A stretch of 64,000 bases of DNA from an uncultured Nitrososphaerota archaeon (lineage in GTDB: Archaea; Thermoproteota; Nitrososphaeria; Nitrososphaerales; CADDZS01), in contig CAWCYI010000004.1 in the NCBI GenBank assembly GCA_963799845.1, positions 704,001 through 768,000 on the forward strand, written 5' to 3'. Below, piece by piece: positions 9,783 through 20,305 of the stretch. The translations under genes were made by a program, and so were the position numbers. Positions within the stretch are counted from its first letter, which is position 1. Every line of letters begins with the position of its first letter. The notes beneath the pieces were generated by a model. That model was not told the DNA's origin and made no database searches. It saw nothing but the letters and a program-made list of their open reading frames with translations.

Positions 9783-10461
9783 TTAAGGTCCCGAAGTCGT
9801 GTAGGTCGATGTGATAGTCTCTGTGATCGTTGTAGCATTCTGAGATTCCGTATAAGTCTCAGGGATAAAGAAAGTAGTCCCCGTTATTGTGTAAGTCGTT
9901 CCGTTAAGCGAGAATGTGGTTGCGGGGTATACCATGCAGTCATAGGTTCCACCTGAAAATGCGAAAGTAGTTCCCGTTATAACTCCCGTCGTTCCAGTTA
10001 TTACGATGGAAGAAGCAGTATAAACTGAAGTGTATCCAGTAAGCGTCTCAGTTGTCGTGTACGTAGTAGTAACGTTGTAACATCCAGATACCGTGGCCAG
10101 GGTGGTCTGGGGACCCGAGGAGTTTGCTACGGTGCTCATCGTCGTACTATTCGAGGACGCTGCCATACTGGTACTAGTATTAACGATCTCAGTGGAACTT
10201 GTCATCGGTGAAGATGTGGAGTTAGTAACCATACTTGCGCTGGTCGAAGGAGTACTCGAAGACGAGCTGAGTCTGGGGAGGCACTGAAGATGTAGTCAGA
10301 GGAGTTGTCGTGACCTGGGCCACGCTCGAAGTGGAACTCGATTTTGATGAACCGAGCGCGAGATATGCACCAACTCCGACGGCAGCAATTATCACAATTA
10401 TCACAACAACTATCGCAGCAGCTGCGATTCCGCTATTTTCCCGATTAAGGCCTTGTCTCAT
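9783..10461 (-). CDS. Ser/Thr-rich surface protein with class III-like signal peptide (frameshift near 10272)
   Basis: ORFs 10222-10461 (RENSG|IAAAAIVVVIIVII) and 9783-10232 join by a single frameshift. Confidence 0.65.
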
Positions 10462-10674
10462 ACGAAAAGCAGAATTGGTATTGAAGGGCGGTATTTATAC
10501 TGTTAGTGTGGTTCGTGCTTGATCTTTGATTTCTAAGATTTCCTCTTTTTTTTGCAAACTTTTCGAGAAAACGTACAAGTTTCTAGCCTCAATCCGACAC
10601 ACAGGTGACTCGTCTTGAGATTGATTGCTAGTGGCTCAAAAATAAGGTCTAGTTGAATCGAAAAATGAGATGAA

Positions 10675-10708
10675 CGAGAAAAAAGAGAGAGGCCTCCGAA
10701 GAGGTCTC
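10675..10708 (-). terminator. Hairpin (C-UUCG-G loop) followed by pyrimidine/U tract
   Basis: GAGACCTC-TTCG-GAGGCCTC then TCTCTTTTTT on the minus strand, right at the stop of 10707-11312. Confidence 0.5.
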
Positions 10709-11312
10709 AGTTTGCGGTTATCTGTACGGTTTGTGGAGTTGGGATGTGAGAGATTTCTTCCATTCCGGAGTGCGTGACCATCGGCGCCGTCTTTGTCAGC
10801 GAGTCGATCTGTTGGGATAGGTCTTCGAATTCGGTCTTCGGCATGGAGTTTGCAAGAACGTTCTCAAGTTCGGCTATTCTGGATTCCGCGCGGTTGTATT
10901 GCTCTTTTGGAACTGTCTGCTCGTGGATTGTGTGAATCTCCTGATCCTTTCTGGAGACGACCTGCTCCAGCTCTGAAATCTTGGCCATTGCTTGCTGGAA
11001 CACTTGGTTCGGTACCGTTACTTCGGACAGTTTTACCGTCGCTTCCTTGATGGTGTCGCCTGAAACTGTGACCTGTTTGCTCAGTAGAGCCAGTCCCTGT
11101 CCAATGGTCTGGGTTTCCTCCAACTGAGACTTTGTCCGTCTGAGTTCCGCTGACATTCCGTCAATGGTTCCTTGCATCCTTGCGATGACTTCTTCATGGG
11201 TTTTCTTTGGTATCGATTGATCTAACTGCGCCTGAAGGCTTCTCGCCGTCAAAACCAATCTCCGTACTTCGCTGGTTATTTGTTCGGTTCTGCTGCTCAA
11301 CTGTTTGAACAC
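10707..11312 (-). CDS. Hypothetical coiled-coil protein with internal (V/I/M)PK repeats
   Basis: Heptad-rich; repeated SIPKKTH / TVPNQVF / TVPKEQY / SMPKTEF units. Confidence 0.7.
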   Translation of the reverse strand: MFKQLSSRTEQITSEVRRLVLTARSLQAQLDQSIPKKTHEEVIARMQGTIDGMSAELRRTKSQLEETQTIGQGLALLSKQVTVSGDTIKEATVKLSEVTVPNQVFQQAMAKISELEQVVSRKDQEIHTIHEQTVPKEQYNRAESRIAELENVLANSMPKTEFEDLSQQIDSLTKTAPMVTHSGMEEISHIPTPQTVQITAN

Positions 11313-11589
11313 ACACGCTCTTTATGTGAGATCTGGGAGTCTGAACCATATCTAATGAACCTAGTCAACATATTTTGATAGCTTAGTTTCTTACTTTGCT
11401 CTCCAGTTAGTTGAAACAAACCGGAATCAAAAATTCACTTACGAAGAATGAGTATCTTCGTTTCTCGGAAATGTTCGTGTAAGGGTATGAGACAAGACAC
11501 CATAATAGGGCGATCTTTAGGAAAAGCGTCTTACTCACTCAATTGGCAAAAATTGATTACCTAGGTTTTGGGCAAATCGGTCCAACAAT

Positions 11590-11784
11590 ATGAAAATCAG
11601 GTTTGGTCTGATCTACCTGGCATTCGTGTTGGTCGGTGCGCTTTACGAGGCTGAAATGAATCATTTTTCAGGAATCGCCGTTGTAAACTACTTGCTGACA
11701 GGATTTCTCTATTCGTCAGTCTTTTTCATCGTTTTCTACATCGTCGTCCGGATAGCAGTTTTTGTTTTTGGGAGATTCAAGTAG
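11590..11784 (+). CDS. Small membrane protein
   Basis: 64-aa ATG ORF with two TM helices. Confidence 0.55.
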   Translation: MKIRFGLIYLAFVLVGALYEAEMNHFSGIAVVNYLLTGFLYSSVFFIVFYIVVRIAVFVFGRFK

Positions 11785-11867
11785 GTAATCCGTACAGAGC
11801 TTGAAGTGGGATTTTGAAACAGTATCTAGAGCTCTCAACTGATTTATAACAAATTTCCCTTTTCTGT

Positions 11868-12266
11868 TTGAGCCCGCATTTGAAGCTGTTTTCTCACAAG
11901 TCCGGTTCAACTGGATTGATAGTTACCGTAATCGGAGGGATCATGCTTGCGGTCACATTCGTGATCGCTTTCGACGTTTACCAAGTTTACTTTGGTCTGG
12001 CTCAAAGCGACTTGAACTCATCCGCGGCTGATTTCATGCCAAGCCTGAACTCTCTTTTACAGGCTGCCATTGTAGTAATGTTTCTCGGGATAATGGGTTG
12101 GGTTGGATCCGCCTTCCTTTTGAGGGGCGTTGATTTCATGAAAGTGGACAGGGGAGTGGGCGTCGTAACCTTCAAAGTCGACAAGGGCGTCGGAATGGTC
12201 TCGGGAGTTGAAGTGACTGGTAAGCAGAACCAGACCCAAGTCCTTGAAGTTCCCGCCGACAACTAG
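11868..12266 (+). CDS. Two-TM membrane protein
   Basis: Hydrophobic helices; first of three co-oriented genes. Confidence 0.7.
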   Translation: MSPHLKLFSHKSGSTGLIVTVIGGIMLAVTFVIAFDVYQVYFGLAQSDLNSSAADFMPSLNSLLQAAIVVMFLGIMGWVGSAFLLRGVDFMKVDRGVGVVTFKVDKGVGMVSGVEVTGKQNQTQVLEVPADN

Positions 12267-12293
12267 AATTCACTTTCTGGCTGTGCTTCTCCT

Positions 12294-13151
12294 ATGGCCA
12301 GGGAAGCTCCGTTCATCTCAAAGGCGCTAAAACTCGTTTCATTGGCGATTACGGTCGCAATCGTCGCGATTGCGGCCACCGCGGCTTATTCCGGCTATGA
12401 AGAGTATGGCGCACTCGTTTCAGTCGGAAGTGCATCTTCGAGCCAGCTCAATGCAGTCCTCAACAGTTCGACTCTGACCATCTCCGGACTCAATGTGCCG
12501 AATAGGATGATCTACCCCCTTACTTTGGAACTCCTGGGAAACGTATCTATCGATGATACGCGCGTCGGAAATTTTGACACTGGCGCATATGTCATTCAGC
12601 CCGGCTATTCGCAGAGCATTAACGTATCGATTCCTCTAAATTACGATGCCCTCTTGAACAATACAAAAGCCCTGCAACAGGCCATCTCGAATTCGAGCAT
12701 CCTAACGATCAACACAACAGTAGCGGCGAATATGGTCCCACTCTTGGGCATCAACATAACGAAATCTGCTAACATGACGATCGGTCCGATAATTGGTGAT
12801 CTTTCTGCAAATCTCAATACTTCTGCTACACACATATCGGCAGACCACGAGTCGATGATGATTCCAGTCATATTGAGCTGGAATAATTTGTCGCCGATTT
12901 CAACAGGGTCGTTTTGGCTGAACGCGAATCTGACAAGTCTCCCGGGCAGACAGAGCGGAAGTTACGGAACGGCGTCGGGCGTCCTAAATTTTGTGCTGGG
13001 CAAAAACACGCAGATTTTTGATCTGAAGCTGCCAATCAAAGATTTTGAAGGAGGTAGCGTTTCCTCCGGAACTTACTCCATCCTTCTTTCATTCAGCCAG
13101 AGGGAATCTTCGGTACCGTTCATGCAAACAACGAGATTGATGGGTGTCTAA
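12294..13151 (+). CDS. Membrane-anchored extracellular beta-rich protein (LEA_2-like first domain possible)
   Basis: N-terminal TM; NVPNRMIYPL...IQPGYSQSINVSIPL resembles LEA_2/WHy; many N-x-S/T sites. Confidence 0.65.
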   Translation: MAREAPFISKALKLVSLAITVAIVAIAATAAYSGYEEYGALVSVGSASSSQLNAVLNSSTLTISGLNVPNRMIYPLTLELLGNVSIDDTRVGNFDTGAYVIQPGYSQSINVSIPLNYDALLNNTKALQQAISNSSILTINTTVAANMVPLLGINITKSANMTIGPIIGDLSANLNTSATHISADHESMMIPVILSWNNLSPISTGSFWLNANLTSLPGRQSGSYGTASGVLNFVLGKNTQIFDLKLPIKDFEGGSVSSGTYSILLSFSQRESSVPFMQTTRLMGV

Positions 13152-13156
13152 TTGAA

Positions 13157-13633
13157 ATGACAAGAAAAATATTTGGCATCGATTTGGGCGTATTTTTTTC
13201 AAGAACGGGATACGCAGTTGGTTATGGCCTCCTGACGATAGTAGTTTTTTACGAACTACCAGATCTTTTGTTGAAAAATATCAATGGGAGTGTTGCTAAC
13301 TTGCCGTTGGACAACGGAACCCTTTTCATCTCGTACGCCATCCTGATCACTATTCTAAGCTGCGTTCAGATTATTTTTCAGGATCACTTCGTCGGCGACG
13401 TTGCCGCAATATCAAACGGGATAGCACAGATTTTCTACATTTACATCTTTGCAAATGGTGGACTGATTACCGAGAACCTGTCAAGCTCTGGGATAACACT
13501 GTCGCTTGATTTTAGAACAGTCATTTACTTGATGCTTATTCCGTCCTCCCTTTCGATCATTTCGGCCGTTGTCTCTGCCAGCTCGCGATCGTCAATCGCT
13601 CGGTCGGAAATGGTGGAAGTTCCGCTCAACTAG
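13157..13633 (+). CDS. Four-TM membrane protein
   Basis: Hydrophobic; 5 bp after the previous gene. Confidence 0.7.
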   Translation: MTRKIFGIDLGVFFSRTGYAVGYGLLTIVVFYELPDLLLKNINGSVANLPLDNGTLFISYAILITILSCVQIIFQDHFVGDVAAISNGIAQIFYIYIFANGGLITENLSSSGITLSLDFRTVIYLMLIPSSLSIISAVVSASSRSSIARSEMVEVPLN

Positions 13634-13738
13634 ATTTGCAAAAACTCGCAAATGAATCCTAGAGACAACTATCAGTTCACTACCCTGTAAGGAGAATCTT
13701 CTATTGCAGGCTGTTACAGGGAAAATCTGAACCAAGAA

Positions 13739-13909
13739 TTACATTGGTTTGCTTTCGTTGCTAAAGTCGGAAAACAGGTAAAACGTGAAGAACATGCAAC
13801 AGAATATGGCGGCAAATCCCATGGCGGGCCTCGCCACAAAAAACACAATGGACAGCAAGACGGCCCAAAGAAAAACTGACAGCAAATCTTTACTGAAGGG
13901 GGATTTCAT
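13739..13909 (-). CDS. Small two-TM protein (56 aa, below ORF-track cutoff)
   Basis: MKSPFSKDLLSVFLWAVLLSIVFFVARPAMGFAAIFCCMFFTFYLFSDFSNESKPM. Confidence 0.5.
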   Translation of the reverse strand: MKSPFSKDLLSVFLWAVLLSIVFFVARPAMGFAAIFCCMFFTFYLFSDFSNESKPM

Positions 13910-14062
13910 TGAATCAAGACATAATTGAAGACCTAGTTATTTGTCTTGACACAGTTCACAAAAAACATGATTGATTCTTTTTGGAAAATGCCAAGGAATA
14001 GATTACAAGTAATCTTCTTGCCAATCTATTCCAATCAAGAGGAATTTGCGATGTGAACTGTC

Positions 14063-14221
14063 TTACGCGTCTTCTACCAGCACGTCTCTGACGCTCGCCG
14101 ATTGAATACCATACAACCTGAGGAACTCTTTTGCGGCTTCACTTTCGTTCTTTGCATGGATGTCGGCATCGAGAATGCACCAGAATCTTTTCTGACTACT
14201 TTTCTTAGAAGATTTCTTCAT
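14063..14221 (-). CDS. Small hypothetical protein (52 aa, below ORF-track cutoff)
   Basis: MKKSSKKSSQKRFWCILDADIHAKNESEAAKEFLRLYGIQSASVRDVLVEDA; TATA-like AATATAT about 25 nt upstream. Confidence 0.55.
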   Translation of the reverse strand: MKKSSKKSSQKRFWCILDADIHAKNESEAAKEFLRLYGIQSASVRDVLVEDA

Positions 14222-14325
14222 GCTGACCCTTTGGTGAGAGAGATATATTCAGACTTGTGAATGCAAAATATAGATTGCAAATCAGCTGGAGTTAGAGTCG
14301 CCAAGAACGAACGTGCAGGCTCGCT

Positions 14326-16263
14326 TTACGAATTCAATGTATCCACAATAATTTTCGCAAGCTTCTCGCTTATCTTACCAACTTGTGAAATTTCTTCGAC
14401 CCCTGACCTCCTCATTGCTTCGACCGAACCAAAATGCGCCAGCAGGTTGCGTTTTCTCTTTTCTCCTATTCCTGCAATTTCGTCAAGTTCTGACTTGGTG
14501 ACGTGCCTTGATCGCAATTTTCTGTGATAAGTGATGCCAAATCGATGCGCCTGGTCCCGAATATGCTGCATGATATGCAATGCCTCGGAATCCTTTGACA
14601 ACTTGATTGGGCGAACTCTTGTGGGAGTAAAGATGAGCTCCTCTTTCTTCGCCAGCGCGACTGTTGGTATCCCAAAAATTCCGTCGGTGTGCATCTGGTT
14701 TATAGCCGCATTCAGGTGCCCCTTGCCTCCATCAATTACGACCAGATCGGGAGGATCCTTCGCCCATCGTCGCCCTTCGGCGTTGGTCTCAGACAATCTC
14801 TTGAACCTACGGCTGATCATCTCTGCCATCATCGCGTAATCGTCAATTCCCTCGACCGTCTTGATTTTGAATTTCCTGTACTGGTTCTTTTCTGGGAATC
14901 CGTCTACGAAGACCGTCATCGCCCCCACGGCTTCATCCCCGTGAATGTTGGAAATATCGAAGCATTCGATCCTCCTCGGTAGGTGATCGAGATCAAGCTT
15001 CTCCTTGATATCCTTGAGGGCACGCAATCTTTCCCTCTTTTTCACGTCTTCTTTGGATTCTTGTTCTTTCAGAACCAATAGTGCATTGTCCTGCGCCAGC
15101 TTCATGAGCCTGCGATTTTCTTCACCCGAAGAAGCGGAGATGAGCTTCACCGTCTTTATCGGCTCTTCTGCGTCCCTATTCATTTCGGTCCGAGCGACAC
15201 CCTGAATGAGCGCTTCAATTTCTGCTGAATCCGGCAGTTCGATTGGGACAACTATCTCACTCGGAAATTGATGCCCAACCATTGCCTCTGTGGAAGAATA
15301 ATGCTGTTTTATGAACGCCGAAAGAATTTCCAAATCTTCAACTTTCGCGCTTACCACATCCAGAATATATTTTTCGCGCCCCACCACATTTCCTTCCCTT
15401 ACCTGAAACACAATAGCCGCGGCTGTATTACTCTCCGTATTCTCTTCCGCATGGGTCTCTCTCGCGATTGTCACTACATCCTTATCACGGTCCTTCTGGC
15501 TGGGAAAAGCTATTCTTTGCTTCAAGGCCGTCGCCTCGAGCGATCTAATTTCATTTCGAATTTTGGAGGCTCTTTCGTAGTCCTGCGACTCAGAAGCTTT
15601 CCACATGTCGTCATACATCAGCTTTGAAAGTTTGACGAGCTTGCCCCCCAGGAATAGCTCGAATTTCTTTACGTCGCTGAAATACTCTTTCTGAGTAACG
15701 GCGAAAATGCAGGGAGCTTTGCAGAGACCGATATTGTAGTCAATGCAAGCTTTGAATTTTTTTTCCCAATTTAGTGGAAGTGTGCAACCTCGGATGGGGA
15801 ATATCCTCCTAAGGTACTTTACTGTTCTCCTGGCAGCTCGTGCGTTTCCATAGGGCCCAAAGTAATGAGATCCGTCATCTTCTACCCGCCTAGTAACAAG
15901 GACGCGCGGCACTGCATCTGAAGTGATTTTGATGTATGGATAGCTCTTGTCATCCTTCAACCTTATGTTGTATTTCGGCTTGTACCTCTTGATCAATACG
16001 TTTTCGAGAATGAGCGCTTCGAGAGGTGACTGGTTGAAAATATAATCTGCGCTTTTGATCTGAACTTTGAGGCTCTGTCCTATCGGATCGTCGAATTTCG
16101 GGCGAAGATGCGCGAGTACTCTTCCTTTGATGCTGGTTGCTTTTCCAACGTAGACAGGACTTCCCTCCTCATTTCTAAGGATGTAGACTCCCGGCCTTTC
16201 AGGAAGCTTGTCAAAATTATCCAGTGGAGTTGAGATCGCTTCTTGCAGTGATAGGTTCAACAA
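14326..16263 (-). CDS. uvrC: Excinuclease ABC subunit C
   Basis: GIY-YIG (PGVY..VYVGKA), [30 protein letters not shown]-terminal HhH. Confidence 0.96.
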   Translation of the reverse strand: MLNLSLQEAISTPLDNFDKLPERPGVYILRNEEGSPVYVGKATSIKGRVLAHLRPKFDDPIGQSLKVQIKSADYIFNQSPLEALILENVLIKRYKPKYNIRLKDDKSYPYIKITSDAVPRVLVTRRVEDDGSHYFGPYGNARAARRTVKYLRRIFPIRGCTLPLNWEKKFKACIDYNIGLCKAPCIFAVTQKEYFSDVKKFELFLGGKLVKLSKLMYDDMWKASESQDYERASKIRNEIRSLEATALKQRIAFPSQKDRDKDVVTIARETHAEENTESNTAAAIVFQVREGNVVGREKYILDVVSAKVEDLEILSAFIKQHYSSTEAMVGHQFPSEIVVPIELPDSAEIEALIQGVARTEMNRDAEEPIKTVKLISASSGEENRRLMKLAQDNALLVLKEQESKEDVKKRERLRALKDIKEKLDLDHLPRRIECFDISNIHGDEAVGAMTVFVDGFPEKNQYRKFKIKTVEGIDDYAMMAEMISRRFKRLSETNAEGRRWAKDPPDLVVIDGGKGHLNAAINQMHTDGIFGIPTVALAKKEELIFTPTRVRPIKLSKDSEALHIMQHIRDQAHRFGITYHRKLRSRHVTKSELDEIAGIGEKRKRNLLAHFGSVEAMRRSGVEEISQVGKISEKLAKIIVDTLNS

Positions 16264-19176
16264 GATCTTCTTCTACCTTCGGCATGGTTTGCGGTTGTTC
16301 AAACCGGCGTCCAAGCATTTTCTTCAGGAATTGTCCGGTGTAAGATTGGTCTACCGTTGCAACTTCCTCGGGTGTTCCCTCCGCCACCACCAAACCACCG
16401 CGCTCTCCGCCCTCCGGCCCAGATCTATGATCCAGTCGGCAGTTTTGATAACATCTAGATTGTGTTCAATTACGATTACGCTGTTTCCCGCATCGGTCAG
16501 TCTTTGAAGCACGATAAGCAATTTCTTGATGTCTTCGAAATGCAGTCCCGTCGTCGGTTCGTCCAGCAGATAAAGTGTCTTGCCGGTGGGTCTCTTGGAT
16601 AGCTCCGAGGCAAGCTTTACTCTCTGAGCTTCGCCACCGGAAAGTGTCGTCGCGGATTGACCCAGTTGAACGTAACCCAGCCCCACGTCGTTTAGCGTTT
16701 CGAGTTTTCTCCTGACTCTTGGAATGTTCTCGAAGAATTGCAGCCCCTCTTCTACCGTCATTTCAAGTACTTCGGAAATGTTCTTGCCCTTGTATCTAAT
16801 TTCGAGCGTTTCCCTGTTGTACCTCTTCCCCTTGCAAACCTCACACGGGACATAAACATCAGGCAGGAAGTGCATCTCGAGGCGGATTATCCCGTCTCCC
16901 TCGCACGCCTCACACCTGCCCCCTTTGACGTTGAAGCTGAATCTGCCGGGTTTGTACCCGCGGGCTATCGAATCTGGAAGCTTCGTGAAAAGATCCCTGA
17001 CATCGGTGAAGAGCCCAACGTATGTTGCCGGGTTTGATCTCGGAGTTCTTCCAATCGGTGATTGATCTATGATGATTGCCTTGTCGATGTGCTCCGTTCC
17101 CAGTATCTTGTCATGCAAACCGGGTTTATCCCTAGAGGAGTACAGCTGTTGCGCCAAAGACCTGTACAGAATGTCGTTAACCAATGAACTTTTTCCGGAG
17201 CCCGAGACACCCGTGATGCAAGTGAAAATGCCGAGCGGAAACGTGACATCGATGTTTTGTAGATTATTCTCCTTTGCTCCCTTTATGACTAGATAACGGG
17301 AGGAGTGGGTTCTCCTCCTATCTGGAACTGGAATTGTCCTCGCTCCGGAAAGGTACTGACCGGTAATCGATTCCGGATTTTTTGCGATTTCATCTGGCGT
17401 GCCGGTCGCTACAACAAATCCCCCGTGAACTCCGGCACCAGGGCCGAGGTCCACGACAAAGTCAGACTCCAGAATTGTTTCCTCATCATGTTCAACAACA
17501 AGCACGGTGTTGCCAATGTCTCTCAGTGCTTTCAAAGTAGCGATCAACTTCTTGTTATCACGCTGGTGTAGACCGATCGATGGTTCATCCAGAATGTATA
17601 GGACCCCGACGAGGCTTGATCCGATCTGGGTTGCAAGCTGAATACGCTGGGCCTCCCCGCCAGAAAGACTGGCCGCTGGTCGGTCGAGAGTCAAATAATC
17701 CAGGCCGACGTTCATGAGGAAGGTAAGACGGGCCCTAATTTCCTTCAAGATTTGGGCCGAAATTATTTTCTCTTTTTCATTGAGTTCCAGATTCGTGAAG
17801 AACTGGATCGCTTGTCGAACAGAAAGTCTTGACACCTCAGAGATGGATTTCTCGTTCACAGTCACGGCCAAGATCTCCGGTTTGAATCTCTCGCCGTTGC
17901 ACGATGGACACTTCTGGTTACTCATGTATCGCGAATACCAGTCCTTCATATATTCGGATTCGGTTTCCATGTACCTCCTTTCGAGTTGGGGCAGTATTCC
18001 CTCCCATTCGTAGCCGTGGTACCATCCATGAAATCTGGACGGCTTGGGTCGCGGAATGTTCTCTTCAGGATTGGAACCGTAAAGCAGGATTCTCAACTCC
18101 TCTTTCCGAAGCCTATTGATTGGAGTGTTCAGCCTGAACCCGTAGCGTCTGCCCACCGATTCCAGATGCTGCATCGACCAGCTGTCCGTGCTTCCCATCG
18201 TAACGATCGCGCCGTCTAGAACCGACAGTGACTTGTCTGGAATCACAAGGTCAGGATCCATGTTCAGCAGATATCCGAGGCCGAGGCATTGCTTGCAAGC
18301 TCCGAATGGGCTGTTGAAGGAGAACATTCGAGGAGACAGTTCTTCAAGAGAAAAGCCGCAGGTAGGGCAGGCCATGGCTTCGCTCAGGACTACCTCCTTT
18401 GTCTTATCCTCGTTCACGTCAAAGACAATCGTCCCCTTCGACAGGCTGAGGGATGTCTGGATCGAGTCCGCGAGCCTCTTTTCGATTCCCGGCTTAACTA
18501 CGAGCCGATCTATAACGACTTCAATCGTGTGTTTTTTGTTTTTCTCGGGCGCAAGTTTGTCTTCCGGATCATCCAGGCCGTGAATCTTTCCGTCTACTCT
18601 TACTCTCGAGTACCCCTGCTTGCTCAGGTTCTTGAAAACGTCTTTGTGCTCTCCCTTCTGCGCCTTGATGACAGGGGCCAGCACCTGAATCTTAGTGCCC
18701 TCCTTCAGCTTCATTATCTGATCGACCATCTGCTCGACCGTCTGCTTCGCGATTATCTTGTGACAATTGGGGCAATGCGGAATGCCGATCCTCGCAAACA
18801 TGAGCCGGAGATAGTCGTGGATCTCAGTAACGGTTGCAACAGTGGATCGAGGATTTTTCGCCGCAGTCCTCTGTTCAATTGAAATTGCGGGAGACAGACC
18901 CTCTATGTAATCCACGTCCGGCTTGTCCATCTGCCCGAGGAATTGCCTCGCATAAGCGGAAAGGGATTCGATGTACCTCCGCTGTCCTTCAGCGTAAATA
19001 GTGTCGAAGGCAAGCGAGGATTTGCCAGAGCCTGACAGGCCAGTCAGGACAACGAACCGATCCCGAGGTATGTCCAGGTTGATGTTCTTCAGATTGTGCT
19101 GGCGTGCACCACGGATCACAATTTTATCTTTTGATCTCTTTACATTGAATTCGTCGCCGGGAATTTCGTTTTGCAA
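16217..19176 (-). CDS. uvrA: Excinuclease ABC subunit A (one-base frameshift near 16418)
   Basis: GARQHNLKN, two Walker A motifs ([16 protein letters not shown]), Zn fingers. Adding one C restores [11 protein letters not shown]...TGQFL ending at TAA 16217. Start approximate. Confidence 0.95.
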
Positions 19177-19310
19177 AAAAAGCTCATCTCCAATCGAAAA
19201 TTGTCCTGAAGAGTCAAAGACGAAGCTTTCACAGCTCAATTAACTGTTTCCATGAAGATTTCTTGACGGGTCTAGAACACCCTAGAAAAAACATCCATAC
19301 CCGAATCCTG

Positions 19311-20204
19311 TCAGATGGTAATATGAAATACCGACTGTATGAGCAAGCCGAACAAGAACAGTGCTGCGCTCGCTCCCAACATGATGCCCGCGAGTTCGCC
19401 AAAGTCCCGGAGAAAGCGACCTTGGGATACAATGGAGTTGTAATAGGTGATAAACGCGATTATGAAAATCGCCAAGACAATCGATATGCTGATTGCGATT
19501 ATCTGAGTCTTGGTGAAAAAATATGGGGCTGCGAGGATTATCGCGCTGACAAAGTACGAAACACCTGTGAAAATTGCAGAGATCGTTGCAGAGCCCTGAA
19601 ACCCCTGCTTAGCCTGTGCGTATGCGGCCGAGGCCATTGCAATCGATGCAGACGCTCCCGCGACGATTCCGGCAAGACCAGTGATCTCGGTGGAATGATA
19701 AATCCCCAGGGAGCCAGCGTGAATGCCGGAGATTTCGACGATGGCGTCCGCCAGTCCCAGGATAATGAAAGAAATGTACTTCAGATACCGCCCTTGCAAT
19801 TGCTCCATGAAGGCATTCTCGTGTTCTTCCTCGTCCCTGACCATCTCGTCAAAGTCTCTCTGGTCGGCCTCTGGGATCGAACTCTTGACCGACTTGTATC
19901 TCTTGATGACCGTGGTCTCGTGTTTTTCGAGGTACTTGATCGCAAACGTGTTACCGAAAATTAATCTAAGGCATAGAGTCAAGTAGAGCGTCCATTTGCT
20001 CACCGAAACCTTGGTATCGGGAGAGTATTTTTTCCAAAATTCGTAATGTTTGTATTCCGTTTTCGAAAGGGTGGTCAATATTTCCTTCAGCTTAGGATCT
20101 TTCGTTCTTGGGCTCTCCGAAAGGCGCTTGTAGACCATGTAGTCGGTGTACTCGTCATCGGCGCTTTCTCTGGCTACTTCTGAAAGACTAATCGAGGAGG
20201 CCAA
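19311..20204 (-). CDS. Rubrerythrin/ferritin-like plus VIT1/CCC1 membrane protein (MbfA-like)
   Basis: E..Y...ExxH diiron motifs (TEYKH, DEEEHE), then ILGLADAIVE and ASIAMASAAY VIT1 motifs. Confidence 0.85.
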   Translation of the reverse strand: MASSISLSEVARESADDEYTDYMVYKRLSESPRTKDPKLKEILTTLSKTEYKHYEFWKKYSPDTKVSVSKWTLYLTLCLRLIFGNTFAIKYLEKHETTVIKRYKSVKSSIPEADQRDFDEMVRDEEEHENAFMEQLQGRYLKYISFIILGLADAIVEISGIHAGSLGIYHSTEITGLAGIVAGASASIAMASAAYAQAKQGFQGSATISAIFTGVSYFVSAIILAAPYFFTKTQIIAISISIVLAIFIIAFITYYNSIVSQGRFLRDFGELAGIMLGASAALFLFGLLIQSVFHITI

Positions 20205-20305
20205 GTTTTGATCTGCTTCCGAAGATAGTATTCTATCTCATGCCGTTGTTTATCTGTTTTGTCTCGATTTAATCAATAGAGGATTCGAGTTTCCGTTGAA
20301 GATGA

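Noticed and set aside
13683-13721. CCCTGTAA...TTACAGGG inverted repeat
   Set aside because: Single 8-bp stem between convergent genes; at most a terminator, with no other support.
16351-16430. uvrA, hpcH, ISH3, DUF4382-like and other split ORFs as programmed frameshifts or true pseudogenes
   Set aside because: Most of the ~10 shifts (217, 265, 408, 16418, 47502, 48704, 61592) are repaired by one extra base in a homopolymer and lack slippery heptamers, so long-read error is the simplest explanation. Those at 10272, 35607 and 45905 remain unresolved.
19263-19964. Long antisense ORFs (also 18289-18882, 20558-21076, 37396-38031)
   Set aside because: They overlap well-supported genes on the opposite strand and carry no motifs.
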